Under the pieces are notes generated by a model. It did not search any database. It was given only the letters and a program-made list of their open reading frames with translations, and was not told the origin of the DNA. 64,000 nt of DNA from a virus, in the IMG/VR virus record IMGVR_UViG_3300047470_000395, positions 61,781-125,780 of that record; one strand, written 5' to 3'. Of this stretch, positions 49,047 to 58,150 are shown one piece after another; position 1 is the first letter of the stretch; every line of letters begins with the position of its first letter. Made by a program: the position numbers and the translations under genes.

Positions 49047-49349
49047 ATGCCCAGCGCCCCCCTCACCCCCGCCCAGACCGCCCAGCTCGGCGACGCCGTC
49101 GGCCGGATCGCCGCGTACGCCGCCCGCTCCCTCGTCGACACGTACCCGCACCTGAACCTCGAGCAGCTCGTCGAGACGTTCACCCGCCCCGTGGCCATCG
49201 ACGGGACCGCCCGCCGCTACCTGGCCGCCCTCGAGAGCGGCGCCACGCCCGCCGACGCCGCCGGGCGCGCCGGGGTCGCACTCATCCGCGCATGGGCGGA
49301 CGCCCGCCTTGCCGCCCAGGCCGCCGCCCAGGCCGCCCGCACCGCCTGA
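49047..49349 (+). CDS. Hypothetical protein
   Basis: SD GGAAGG. Confidence 0.65.
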   Translation: MPSAPLTPAQTAQLGDAVGRIAAYAARSLVDTYPHLNLEQLVETFTRPVAIDGTARRYLAALESGATPADAAGRAGVALIRAWADARLAAQAAAQAARTA

Positions 49350-49421
49350 CCTACCCGACCACCCCCGCCGGGGCGCCACGCCGCGCCCCGGCCCCGCACA
49401 ACCCCGAGAGGACACCACGCC

Positions 49422-49868
49422 ATGGCCCGGAAGATGAGCGCCACCGAGCGAGCCGCCCGCGACGTCGTGAACAAGTACGTCCGCGACGGCCTGATGGAGC
49501 GCGGGCAGGCCAACCGCGCGATCCGCGACGGCCTGCACATCGCCGAGACGACCGTTCGCCGCGAGTACGTCGAGAAGGGGTGGGGCTCCGCCCTGTACTA
49601 CGGCGGGAAGGTCGCCGCGGCCCGCGAGGATTTCGACGCCGCCCGGCCCGGCTCCATCGCCCAGCGCGTGAAGGGAACGCGGCTGCTGGCCACGGAGATA
49701 TACGCGGCCGTGTTCGCCGTCGTGGAGGCCGAGGAGGGCCCCCGCGAGGGCGCGGAGCAGCTCACCCCCGGCCAGGCCGAGGAGGTCATGGCCACCGTGC
49801 GCGACACCGCCCGGGAGCTGCGCGAGGAAGCGGCCGCCCCCGCCCGCCGGTTCACCACCGCTGCCTGA
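49422..49868 (+). CDS. Hypothetical protein
   Basis: SD GAGGA. Confidence 0.7.
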   Translation: MARKMSATERAARDVVNKYVRDGLMERGQANRAIRDGLHIAETTVRREYVEKGWGSALYYGGKVAAAREDFDAARPGSIAQRVKGTRLLATEIYAAVFAVVEAEEGPREGAEQLTPGQAEEVMATVRDTARELREEAAAPARRFTTAA

Positions 49869-49942
49869 CAGCCCGCCCCGGCCGGGCGCCCCTGCTGCGC
49901 CCGGCCCCGCACCCGGCACCGTCCCGAGACAGGAGAGACCCC

Positions 49943-50164
49943 GTGAGCACTGCCCCCGACTGGTTCACGATGAGCCGCGCCGACTTCGACCCGACCGCCA
50001 CGCTCGCCCTGGTAGAGGCCCGCGACGTCACCCGCCGCGTGGAGGCCGTGGAGCACGCGAACGGCACCGACGCCCTGTTCGGGGACGAGCCGCGCCCCGC
50101 CCGCCCGACCCGCCGCAAAGCGCCGGCTGTCGCGGCCGGACCGGAGGCCGACGCCCTGTTCTGA
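49943..50164 (+). CDS. Small protein with two DALF motifs
   Basis: SD AGGAG, GTG 49943. Confidence 0.6.
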   Translation: MSTAPDWFTMSRADFDPTATLALVEARDVTRRVEAVEHANGTDALFGDEPRPARPTRRKAPAVAAGPEADALF

Positions 50165-50275
50165 CGGGCGGGAACAGTACGCCGAGGGCAGCGCGCCCGA
50201 TCACCTCCGGGATGGTCGGGTGCGTTCCCATCTGCGGAAACTCGGATTTGATCAGGTGAAGTGTTCCCCCAGGGG

Positions 50276-50346
50276 TTGCCCAGGGTGTACTATTCAGGGG
50301 TTGGCGGAGAGCACCGCCGACAGACCACGAACTGAGGGAGCACCCC
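50276..50346 (+). promoter_or_regulatory. Full leader module
   Basis: Box 50276-50295; GTTGGCGG AGAGCA CCGCCGAC; ACCACGAA; GAGGGAG. Confidence 0.8.
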
Positions 50347-50724
50347 ATGGCATCTGCCCGCACCGTCCTCCGCAACCGCGTCCGCGACAACCGCGCCGCC
50401 TCCCGCGCCCGCCGCGCCACGGCCCGCGCCGCCCGCGCCGTCCGCGTCTCCGCCCGCTCCATCACCACGCACGTCATCGCCACCGGCGCCGACACCGCCA
50501 CCGTGAAGGGCGTCGTCAAGGCGCTGCAGGGCGTCGCCAAGACCGCCCGCGCCAACGGCCTCAAGGGCAAGCGGGTCCGCATCCGCCGCACCGCCCAGGG
50601 CTTCAAGCGTCACGCCGTCACCGCCTACCGGTACACCCGCGCCCAGGTCGCGCAGATCGCCGCCGCCTACAAGCCGCGCAAGGCCGAGTACAAGGCCATC
50701 CGCGCCGCGCTGATCGCCGCCTGA
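50347..50724 (+). CDS. Highly basic Arg/Lys/Ala-rich protein
   Basis: Very few acidic residues; strong codon bias. Confidence 0.75.
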   Translation: MASARTVLRNRVRDNRAASRARRATARAARAVRVSARSITTHVIATGADTATVKGVVKALQGVAKTARANGLKGKRVRIRRTAQGFKRHAVTAYRYTRAQVAQIAAAYKPRKAEYKAIRAALIAA

Positions 50725-50804
50725 CCCCACCCCTGAACCGCCGGGGCGCGGCCCTCCCCCGCCGCGCCCCGGCCCCCCGCTCGACACACCGGAGACGAGA
50801 CACC

Positions 50805-51314
50805 GTGACCAGCACCGCCGCATACCGCCAGGCCGCACAGCGCGCCCGCACCATCGCCGAGATCGCCCGCGACCGCTTCGCCGACGGCCCGATCCGCGCC
50901 GCCATCCTCACGATCGCCGCGTCCATGGACGAGGCCGCCCGCGAACTCGACGCCGCCGCGATCACCGCGCCCGCCGAGGTGCCCGACTCGGCCGCCATGG
51001 AGGTGTTCATGGCCGAGCAGTACGCCGTGGACTGCCCGGCCGCCCGGTTCCCCGCCCTGATGGGCGAGTACGTCCTGGCGCCGATCGGCGGCCGCACGCT
51101 GCCCATGCCCGACGCGCTGCGCCCCCTCGACGCCGCGCACGCCGTCCGGGAGACGGACCTGGTCAACCGGCTGGAGCAGCTCCACGCGGACACCGCTTGG
51201 CAGGCCGACTACCCGGACCAGTGGCTGCGCACCGTCCTGATGGTCTGGCAGAAGCACATGCGCCTGGCCGACGAGGTCCGCGTGCACAACGGCCGCCCCT
51301 GCAACCAGCGCTGA
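50805..51314 (+). CDS. Hypothetical protein
   Basis: SD GGAG, GTG 50805. Confidence 0.7.
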   Translation: MTSTAAYRQAAQRARTIAEIARDRFADGPIRAAILTIAASMDEAARELDAAAITAPAEVPDSAAMEVFMAEQYAVDCPAARFPALMGEYVLAPIGGRTLPMPDALRPLDAAHAVRETDLVNRLEQLHADTAWQADYPDQWLRTVLMVWQKHMRLADEVRVHNGRPCNQR

Positions 51315-51414
51315 CCGCCCGTCCGCCGGGCGGGGGCGTCACAGGATGCGCCCGCCCGGCGTACTACCCGACGAGAGCACGTCGGGCCCGACCACACACC
51401 GGAGGAACACCCTC

Positions 51415-51642
51415 GTGGACGACATCGCCCGGGACCCGGGCAACGACTCCTCTGCGGAGCGCTGCGCCGCCTACGCCCGCCCGGCCTGGGAGCTGTACGC
51501 CGCCGCGCACGAAGGCGTGACCCTCGCCGACCTGATCAGCGACCTTCTGCACCTCGCCGACCGGCTGCCCGACGAGCAGGACAAGGGCGCTGACGCCATC
51601 CTCGCCCGCGCCCTGCGCGACTACGACGCCGAGCGCCCGTAG
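51415..51642 (+). CDS. Small hypothetical protein
   Basis: Hairpin plus GGAGG; DLISDLLHLAD motif. Confidence 0.7.
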   Translation: MDDIARDPGNDSSAERCAAYARPAWELYAAAHEGVTLADLISDLLHLADRLPDEQDKGADAILARALRDYDAERP

Positions 51643-51775
51643 AGCCGTCGCGCCCCGGGGCCCGGACGTACGAGCCGCCCCGGGGCGCGACGCAAGCCCC
51701 ACCCGAACGACCCAATGCCCCGGCCGGAGAGCACCGCGCCGGAACCGCCACCACGAAGAGAAGGAACACCCGACA

Positions 51776-52606
51776 GTGACCGTGCCCGCAGTCGCCCACG
51801 CGACCACCGCCGCCCCGCTCGCCGCCCTCCTGCCCGCCCGCCGCCGCAAGCCCTGGACCGTCGGCCCCGCCCCGTACGGCATCCGCAACCACGCCGCCAC
51901 CTCCCGGATCACCGACGGCCGCCGCGCCCTGCTCGTCGTCGAGGAGGGGAACCGGGTGGAGCTGTACGCCGAGCGCCCCGACATGTTCCCCGTCACCCCC
52001 GACGCCGTCGCCGACTCCACCGACCCGGCCTCCGTCGCCACGCTCGCCGCGCGCGCCCTGCGCTGGATCCTGCCCAGCCTCGACGCCGACGCCACCCACG
52101 CCATCGCCAAAGAGGGGGGATGGCAGCAGGTCGAGCACCACAAGGGCACCGTCCTGACGGAGTTCGGGTTCCACCTGATCGACCACGGCGCCCACCCCCG
52201 CAGCGTGATGCGGACCGACGGGCCCGGCCTGACGTGGACGGCCAACAGTGGCGCCGAGTGGGGCGTGTGGACGTACGGGGTCGCCGCGAACTTCCACCTG
52301 ACCTACGAGGGCCCCGTGAGCGGCCTGTACGGCGCGCTGCCGGTCCTGCTGCCCCCGCTGGGCGCCCACACCTCCACGGACGCCGGTAGCCCGTTCACGC
52401 GCCACCTGACCGACCGGTTCCCGCAGCTCCACCCGGTCGACGCCGACGAGGTCGAGTTCGGCGGCTACCAGGACCTGCACGGCTGGATCGCGCTTCCCTC
52501 CCGCGCCGAGCTGGGCGACCCCGTCGACGACGACACCCCCGTCTGCGCCCAGGTCGGCCCCGTGGGCGTCGACTTCCTGCTCGCCGCCGCCGCGCACCTG
52601 TCCTGA
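51776..52606 (+). CDS. Hypothetical protein (paralog A)
   Basis: Hairpin plus SD; resembles the next gene. Confidence 0.75.
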   Translation: MTVPAVAHATTAAPLAALLPARRRKPWTVGPAPYGIRNHAATSRITDGRRALLVVEEGNRVELYAERPDMFPVTPDAVADSTDPASVATLAARALRWILPSLDADATHAIAKEGGWQQVEHHKGTVLTEFGFHLIDHGAHPRSVMRTDGPGLTWTANSGAEWGVWTYGVAANFHLTYEGPVSGLYGALPVLLPPLGAHTSTDAGSPFTRHLTDRFPQLHPVDADEVEFGGYQDLHGWIALPSRAELGDPVDDDTPVCAQVGPVGVDFLLAAAAHLS

Positions 52607-52674
52607 CCCTCCCTCGCCCGGCCGCGCCCCCGCCCCTCCGCCGGGGGCGCGGCCCCCTCGAAAGGCCCCACGAC

Positions 52675-53514
52675 ATGAGCACCGTCACCGCCCCCGCCCG
52701 TCCCACCTGCCGCGCCCAGACCCTCGCCGAGCACGTCGCCGCTCTCCTGCCGCAGCGAGCCGGCGTTCCGTGGACCGTCGAGCCGTACACCGCCTGGTGG
52801 ACCGTCCGGTACCCCGCCGCCCGCCTGGTGCAGGGCAGGCGCGCCCTGGTCCTGGTGGCGCGCACCTGGGACACCGAGATCGGGTGGCAGCTCCCCGGCC
52901 GTGAGCCGACCCGCCCGGATCTCCGGATCGACCGCACGGCCCCGGCCGCCGTCGCCCGCGACGTGCTGCGCCTGGTGCTGCCCGTCGTCGACGACGAAGC
53001 CGCCCACGCCCTCGAGGACGGCGCCCGTGCCCGCCGCGGAGCGCTCGTCGAGATCGGCACCGCGATGCGCGCCCAGGGAGCTGCCACGTACGAGCGGGCC
53101 GGTCTCCTGGTGAACACCGCGTGCATCGTGTGGTCCTCGAGCGGGCTCCGCTACTCGGCCACCCTGCACGGCACCAACCCCGTGGCGTCCGTCCAGATCC
53201 AGGGCCCGGTGCGCGCCCTCGAGCGGGCCGTCTCGCACTTCCTGCCCGCGGCCGCGTCCGGCCGCCCGATCATCCCGGCCGGGATCCGCGGCCGCCTCGA
53301 GCGGCGCATGGCCAACGTCCTCGCCCGGCATGGCCACGTCGAGCAGCTCGACGGCAAGGGCCTCGCGTTCGGCGAGAAGTCCGGCCCGTACGGGCACGTC
53401 GCCCCCGCCCCCGACTCGGCCGCCCGCGCCCACGACAACACGCTCGCGTCCGTCGACGTCCACGGCGTCGGCGTCGACTTCCTGCTCTCCCTCGCCCCGC
53501 ACCTGGCGCGATGA
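52675..53514 (+). CDS. Hypothetical protein (paralog B)
   Basis: Shares AALLPxR…PWTV, GPV and VGVDFLL…HL with the previous gene. Confidence 0.75.
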   Translation: MSTVTAPARPTCRAQTLAEHVAALLPQRAGVPWTVEPYTAWWTVRYPAARLVQGRRALVLVARTWDTEIGWQLPGREPTRPDLRIDRTAPAAVARDVLRLVLPVVDDEAAHALEDGARARRGALVEIGTAMRAQGAATYERAGLLVNTACIVWSSSGLRYSATLHGTNPVASVQIQGPVRALERAVSHFLPAAASGRPIIPAGIRGRLERRMANVLARHGHVEQLDGKGLAFGEKSGPYGHVAPAPDSAARAHDNTLASVDVHGVGVDFLLSLAPHLAR

Positions 53515-53570
53515 CTTGCCGCGCCCCGGGGGCCGGATCCCGGGGCGCGCCCCTTCCGGAAGGACACCCT

Positions 53571-54017
53571 GTGACCACCGCCCCGCTGTCCCCGATCGCC
53601 GACCTGTTCGCCGCCGAGGACAAGGCCCGCCAGGTCGCCCGCGACATGCTGCCGCTCCTCGCCGCGACGCTCCGCGCCCAGTTCCCGACCGGCGCCCACC
53701 TCGCCCTGTACCGCGGCCCGGACGGAGAGCTGAGCTACCACTCCGTGCGCGATGCCCGGGGTACGGCCGTCTTCACGTTCGCCGAGTGCTGGTGGAAGGC
53801 TGGCCCGTTCCCGCGCCCGGTCCCGGCCGACGTCGCCGCCCTGTGGGGCGACCACGACCCCACCTCGCCCGCCGTGGTGCTGTCGATGATCCAGCAGGTC
53901 GACCAACACGGCGTCCTGTCGTTCCTCCCGGCCGCGGCCATGTGGCCGGGCGAGGAGGACCTGGACCTGACGCCCGTCGGCCTCCCGCTCGCCGAGCCGG
54001 AGCCGACGCGCCCCTAA
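53571..54017 (+). CDS. Hypothetical protein
   Basis: SD GGAAGGA. Confidence 0.65.
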   Translation: MTTAPLSPIADLFAAEDKARQVARDMLPLLAATLRAQFPTGAHLALYRGPDGELSYHSVRDARGTAVFTFAECWWKAGPFPRPVPADVAALWGDHDPTSPAVVLSMIQQVDQHGVLSFLPAAAMWPGEEDLDLTPVGLPLAEPEPTRP

Positions 54018-54118
54018 ACCGCCCGCGGGCGGGCCCCTGCAACAGCTCGGGGCCCGCCCGCGTTCCTTGCTGCGCCTGGCCTTCCCGGGGCCGCCGCCCG
54101 CATCGAGGAGATCCCCAA

Positions 54119-54676
54119 GTGAGCCGCCACTCCCGCACCAAGCCCAACCGGCACGACCGCCAGGCCCGGCACGCCGGGTTCGACGCGCTGCTGCCGCGCC
54201 TCAAGCGGGGCACGCTCACCCGGGAGGAGGCCGCCCTCCTGGCCGCGTACGTCCTCGAGGAGCGGCGCCTGGGCGAGAAGACCCGCCGGTCCCTGACCGC
54301 CACGACCCGGAGCCTCGCCGCGCACCGGGAGGCCGCCGACGCCGCGATACGGGAGGCCGAGGAGACGGGCGAGCTGCACCGTGTCGCCGTCGCCGAGGCA
54401 CTCGACGCGCCGTCCGACAGTCCGTGGACCGCACTCGTCGGCCGCGCCCGGGACGCGCAGCACTGGGCCGGGCGTGCCCGGAGCGACGTCGGGCAGGCCG
54501 AGCAGCTCCGCGAGCAGTTGCGCCGGTCGGAGGAGGCGCGGGCAACGCTGCGGGGGCGTCTGGCCGAAGCCCTGGGGCGCGGCCGGCTGCGGGTCGAGTG
54601 CCTGACGGGGGACCCGGTCGCCCTGGGCCGGATCGTCGCCGACAGTCTCCGGCGCTCACCGCAGCATCTCGGCTGA
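54119..54676 (+). CDS. Hypothetical coiled-coil protein
   Basis: SD GAGGAG. Confidence 0.65.
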   Translation: MSRHSRTKPNRHDRQARHAGFDALLPRLKRGTLTREEAALLAAYVLEERRLGEKTRRSLTATTRSLAAHREAADAAIREAEETGELHRVAVAEALDAPSDSPWTALVGRARDAQHWAGRARSDVGQAEQLREQLRRSEEARATLRGRLAEALGRGRLRVECLTGDPVALGRIVADSLRRSPQHLG

Positions 54677-54751
54677 GACACCCCAGGAACCCCAGGAACG
54701 CGCAGCCCATGGCAACGGGCTGCGCGTTCCTGCTGTTCCCACACACCACCA

Positions 54752-54826
54752 TTGCCCAGGGTGTACTATTCGGCGTGTTGGTGGAGAGCGCCGCCGACGA
54801 GGACCACGAACGAAGAGGAACACCAG
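54752..54826 (+). promoter_or_regulatory. Full leader module
   Basis: Box 54752-54771; GTTGGTGG AGAGCG CCGCCGAC; ACCACGAA; GAGGA. Confidence 0.8.
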
Positions 54827-56146
54827 ATGCGGACCCTGCCCCCCGCGGTCGCCACCGCCGTTCACATCGCCACCCTCGCCCGCAAGAACGGCCTGCCGAT
54901 CCCGCCGAAGGTGTACGCCGTCCTGGAGGCCGCCGCGAACCCGTGGCCCGCCGAGTGGCTCCTCGCCCCGCTCCCCGGCGACCCGATCCGCGTGGTCGAG
55001 CTGTTCGCCGGTCCCGGCGGCTGGTCCGAGGGCCTCGCCGTCGTCCTCGGCGTCAAGGTCGACGCCGTCGGCGTGGACCTCTCCAAGGACGCCTGCGCCA
55101 CCGCCCGCGCCGCCGGACACCGCCGCATCTGCGCCGACATCACCACCCTGGACCCCGAGCACTACGCCCTGCGCCACACCCGCGGCCTGATCGTCTCCCC
55201 GCCGTGCCCCTCGTTCTCCCCGGCCGGGAAGCACTCCGGGCTGGAGGAGGCGAACATCTTCACCCTGTGCCGCGTCCTCGCCCAGACCTCCGAGGCAGGC
55301 GGCTTCCTCCCCGGCAACGAGCTGGACGACTGGTGCGAGGGCTGCGACACCTGCGACGAGCTGGGCTACCACGACGGGTTCGCCCCGCGCTCCGGCGTCA
55401 CCTGGGACGAGCTGCGCTCTCAGCTCGCCCCGCTCACCGACCCCCGCATCGGCCTCATGGCGGAGCTGCTGTTCTGGGCATTCGGCATGCAGGCCGCGGG
55501 CGCGCCCCTCCAGTTCGTCGCGATGGAGCAGTCCAGCCGCCTGCCGCAGCAGATCCTCGACGACATCCGCCTGGAGCTGCGCGGCGGCCAGGAAGAGGGA
55601 GAGTGGTACTGGAGCACCGAGGGCATCCTCGAAGCCTCCGAGTTCGGTCTCGCCTCCCGCCGCGAGCGGGTGTTCTTCCTGGCCTCCCGCCGCCTGGCCT
55701 ACCTGCCCACGCCCGCCGAGGACGTCCACCGGACCACGATGGCGCAGGCCCTCGGCTGGAAGGAGGGCGAGCGGATCAACACCCGCGGCGTCCGCCCGAT
55801 CGACCCGGCCACCGGCCGCGCCAAGGGCGGGAACGAGTTCTCCGCCGACAAGCCGTCCAACTGCCTCACCGGCAAGGCCCGCACCTGGAAGCGCGTCAGC
55901 GACGGTCTGCGCCTCACCCCGAACGAGGCCGGTCTCCTCGTCGGCTTCCGCCGCTCGTACCCCGGTGAGGGTTCCCGCACGAGCGTGTTCCAGCAGCTCG
56001 CCGACGTCGTCCCCCCGGTGATGGCGGCGCGGGTGCTCGCCCAGTTCTTCGACGTCGACGGGGAGGCCCTGGCCGCTGACTACCTGTGCCAGCTCTACCG
56101 GCTGCACGAGTACCTCGACGCCGAGGACTACGACACGGTGGCCTGA
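54827..56146 (+). CDS. Orphan DNA (cytosine-5) methyltransferase
   Basis: ELFAGPGG (motif I), SPPCPSFS (IV), MEQ (VI), RRERVF (VIII), QQLADVVPP (X); CxxCxxC insertion. Confidence 0.9.
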   Translation: MRTLPPAVATAVHIATLARKNGLPIPPKVYAVLEAAANPWPAEWLLAPLPGDPIRVVELFAGPGGWSEGLAVVLGVKVDAVGVDLSKDACATARAAGHRRICADITTLDPEHYALRHTRGLIVSPPCPSFSPAGKHSGLEEANIFTLCRVLAQTSEAGGFLPGNELDDWCEGCDTCDELGYHDGFAPRSGVTWDELRSQLAPLTDPRIGLMAELLFWAFGMQAAGAPLQFVAMEQSSRLPQQILDDIRLELRGGQEEGEWYWSTEGILEASEFGLASRRERVFFLASRRLAYLPTPAEDVHRTTMAQALGWKEGERINTRGVRPIDPATGRAKGGNEFSADKPSNCLTGKARTWKRVSDGLRLTPNEAGLLVGFRRSYPGEGSRTSVFQQLADVVPPVMAARVLAQFFDVDGEALAADYLCQLYRLHEYLDAEDYDTVA

Positions 56147-56241
56147 CCCACCGGCCGCCCGGCCCCCGCCCTCACCGGCGGGGGCCGCCGTCGTTCCCGG
56201 CCCCGTGCAACAGCCCGCCGCCGTACACCGTTCCCCCGGTC

Positions 56242-56538
56242 ATGAGCCTGCCGATACCGCCCCACGCCGCGCCGTACGCCCCGTTCGCCCCACCCGTGAC
56301 CCTCAGCGCCACCGTCACCGTGAACGGCCTGGAGATCGGCGCGCAGGAGTGCGTGGACCCCCACGCCTGGGCCGCCATGTCGACCGACCCGGCCGCCGTC
56401 GCCGCGTACGAGCGCCTCGTCCTGCAGCGCCTGGGCGCCGCCCTGGTGAAGCACCTGGCCCCGGCCGTCACCGTCGACGTCCCCGCCGTGCCGGTCCGGG
56501 CCGATCGTCAGACCGCCGACGTACGCTCCGAAGCATGA
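56242..56538 (+). CDS. Hypothetical protein
   Basis: ATGA overlap with the next gene. Confidence 0.55.
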   Translation: MSLPIPPHAAPYAPFAPPVTLSATVTVNGLEIGAQECVDPHAWAAMSTDPAAVAAYERLVLQRLGAALVKHLAPAVTVDVPAVPVRADRQTADVRSEA

Positions 56539-56957
56539 GCACCCCCACCCCTTCCCCGGAGGAGACTCCGTTCGATCCGCACGCCTTCCCCGTCGACCTG
56601 GTCGACGCGCAGCGCGAGCTCGCCGAGGCGTACACCGCGCTGCACACGCTGCAGAAGCGGCTCCCCTGGTCCCGGGAGCCTCACCCCGGATGGCCGGACG
56701 TGGAGGACCGGGGCAGGGAGCGAGCCGGCCGCGCGGCCTCCCCCGGCTGGGACCCGGCCGACGCCGCGGCGTACGACAAGCTGTGGGAGGACCTGCGGGA
56801 AGCGGCGGCCGTGGTCCAGGGGCACCGGTGGTGGAGTACCTGCCGGGTCAACGGGCTCGAGGGCGCGGCCCTGGTCGACGTCCGCCAGGCCCTCAAGACC
56901 GCGAAGGGCGCCGTCCCGGCCGCCCTCGAGCGCGCGGACGTCACCGCGGCCGCCTGA
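56535..56957 (+). CDS. Hypothetical phage protein
   Basis: FPVDLVDAQREL…LPWSREP. Confidence 0.65.
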   Translation: MSTPTPSPEETPFDPHAFPVDLVDAQRELAEAYTALHTLQKRLPWSREPHPGWPDVEDRGRERAGRAASPGWDPADAAAYDKLWEDLREAAAVVQGHRWWSTCRVNGLEGAALVDVRQALKTAKGAVPAALERADVTAAA

Positions 56958-57046
56958 CCGGCGTTCCTGTCCGACCGGCCCCCAGAGCGGGGAAGGGGTA
57001 CAGGGCGGCCCACACGGGGCGCGCCCCCGCTCGAGAGGGGCCCACC

Positions 57047-57256
57047 GTGGCTCTCCCCGTCCGCACCTACCTGGTGACCAACGCCCGCGCCCTGTTCGGC
57101 CCGGGTGCGCGCATCGTCGTCCGCAGCACGGCCCCGGCCGGTGCCGTCGTCGACGACGTCTTCCGCGGCCGCGCCATCCGCGTGGAGCTCACCGACACCC
57201 CGCTGCCCGCGTACGGCGACGTCTACGCCGCGGAGCTGCAGCTCCCCCGCCTGTAG
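57047..57256 (+). CDS. Small hypothetical protein
   Basis: SD GAGGGG, GTG 57047. Confidence 0.5.
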   Translation: MALPVRTYLVTNARALFGPGARIVVRSTAPAGAVVDDVFRGRAIRVELTDTPLPAYGDVYAAELQLPRL

Positions 57257-57278
57257 CCGGAACGCCCCTGCGGCCCTG

Positions 57279-57623
57279 TCAGCCTCCGGCAGGGCCGCGC
57301 CGGGGCATGTCCCCCTGCCGCTCCTCGTCGACGCCCTGGGATGGCGCGGAGTCGCTCCGGCGGGCCACGCGCAACCCCGGCTGTGGCCACTGGTACGTGA
57401 GGATCCGGACCGTCGTGTCCCCGTGCAGGTCGACCTCGACCTGGTAGCGGGTGCTGCCGTCGGCCCAGGTCTGCCGCGCCACGACCGGCGCGTTCCGCCA
57501 CTTCCCGCCGGACATCACCTGCAGCGCCGGGCGGTCCGTGCGAGGCCACGTCCACACCTCCGGCCGCGGCCCGTCTTCCTGGCGCCACGGCCGGGCCGGT
57601 ACCGCGTCCGGGATCTCTGCCAT
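57279..57623 (-). CDS. Small beta-rich hypothetical protein
   Basis: SD GGAGG, ATG 57623. Confidence 0.65.
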   Translation of the reverse strand: MAEIPDAVPARPWRQEDGPRPEVWTWPRTDRPALQVMSGGKWRNAPVVARQTWADGSTRYQVEVDLHGDTTVRILTYQWPQPGLRVARRSDSAPSQGVDEERQGDMPRRGPAGG

Positions 57624-57709
57624 GCCTCCGACTGTAGGCAGCGCGCGACGCAAGGCGTAGCAGGCCCCCACGATCCGCGGCCTTACCCGTCCGTCCGGAA
57701 GGCCCCGCC

Positions 57710-58081
57710 GTGAAGACCCACCGCCCGCAGTCCGAGCAGCACTCCCGCCTGGTCGTCGCCCTCGGTGCTGGCCTGCTCGTGTTCGCCCTGGTGGTGCTGT
57801 TCGCCGCCCTGGTCGCCGACGACGACGACAGCGACAGCAGCTCCCACCGCTGCCCGGGGTACGCCGTCGGCACCGTCGACCCGTACACCTGCCTCCCCTA
57901 CAGCCACGCCCACGGGCACGGGCACGGCGGAGGGGCGACGGCCAACCGCCCCGGGAGCAGCGCCCGCCGGCCCGCGCAGCCTTCGCGGCCGAAGGCGCCC
58001 GCCGTGAAGGTCCCGGCCGCGCCCAAGGCACCGGCGCCCAAGGCCCCTGCCGCGCCCCCGCGGCTCTCCCTGCGGAAGTGA
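57710..58081 (+). CDS. Membrane-anchored protein with Cys pair
   Basis: TM helix, C…C, Pro/Lys-rich tail. Confidence 0.65.
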   Translation: MKTHRPQSEQHSRLVVALGAGLLVFALVVLFAALVADDDDSDSSSHRCPGYAVGTVDPYTCLPYSHAHGHGHGGGATANRPGSSARRPAQPSRPKAPAVKVPAAPKAPAPKAPAAPPRLSLRK

Positions 58082-58150
58082 CCGCGCGACACAAGCCGTC
58101 CCGGCCCGGCACCGTCCGCGCGCCTGCTCACCCCATACGGAAGGAACCCC

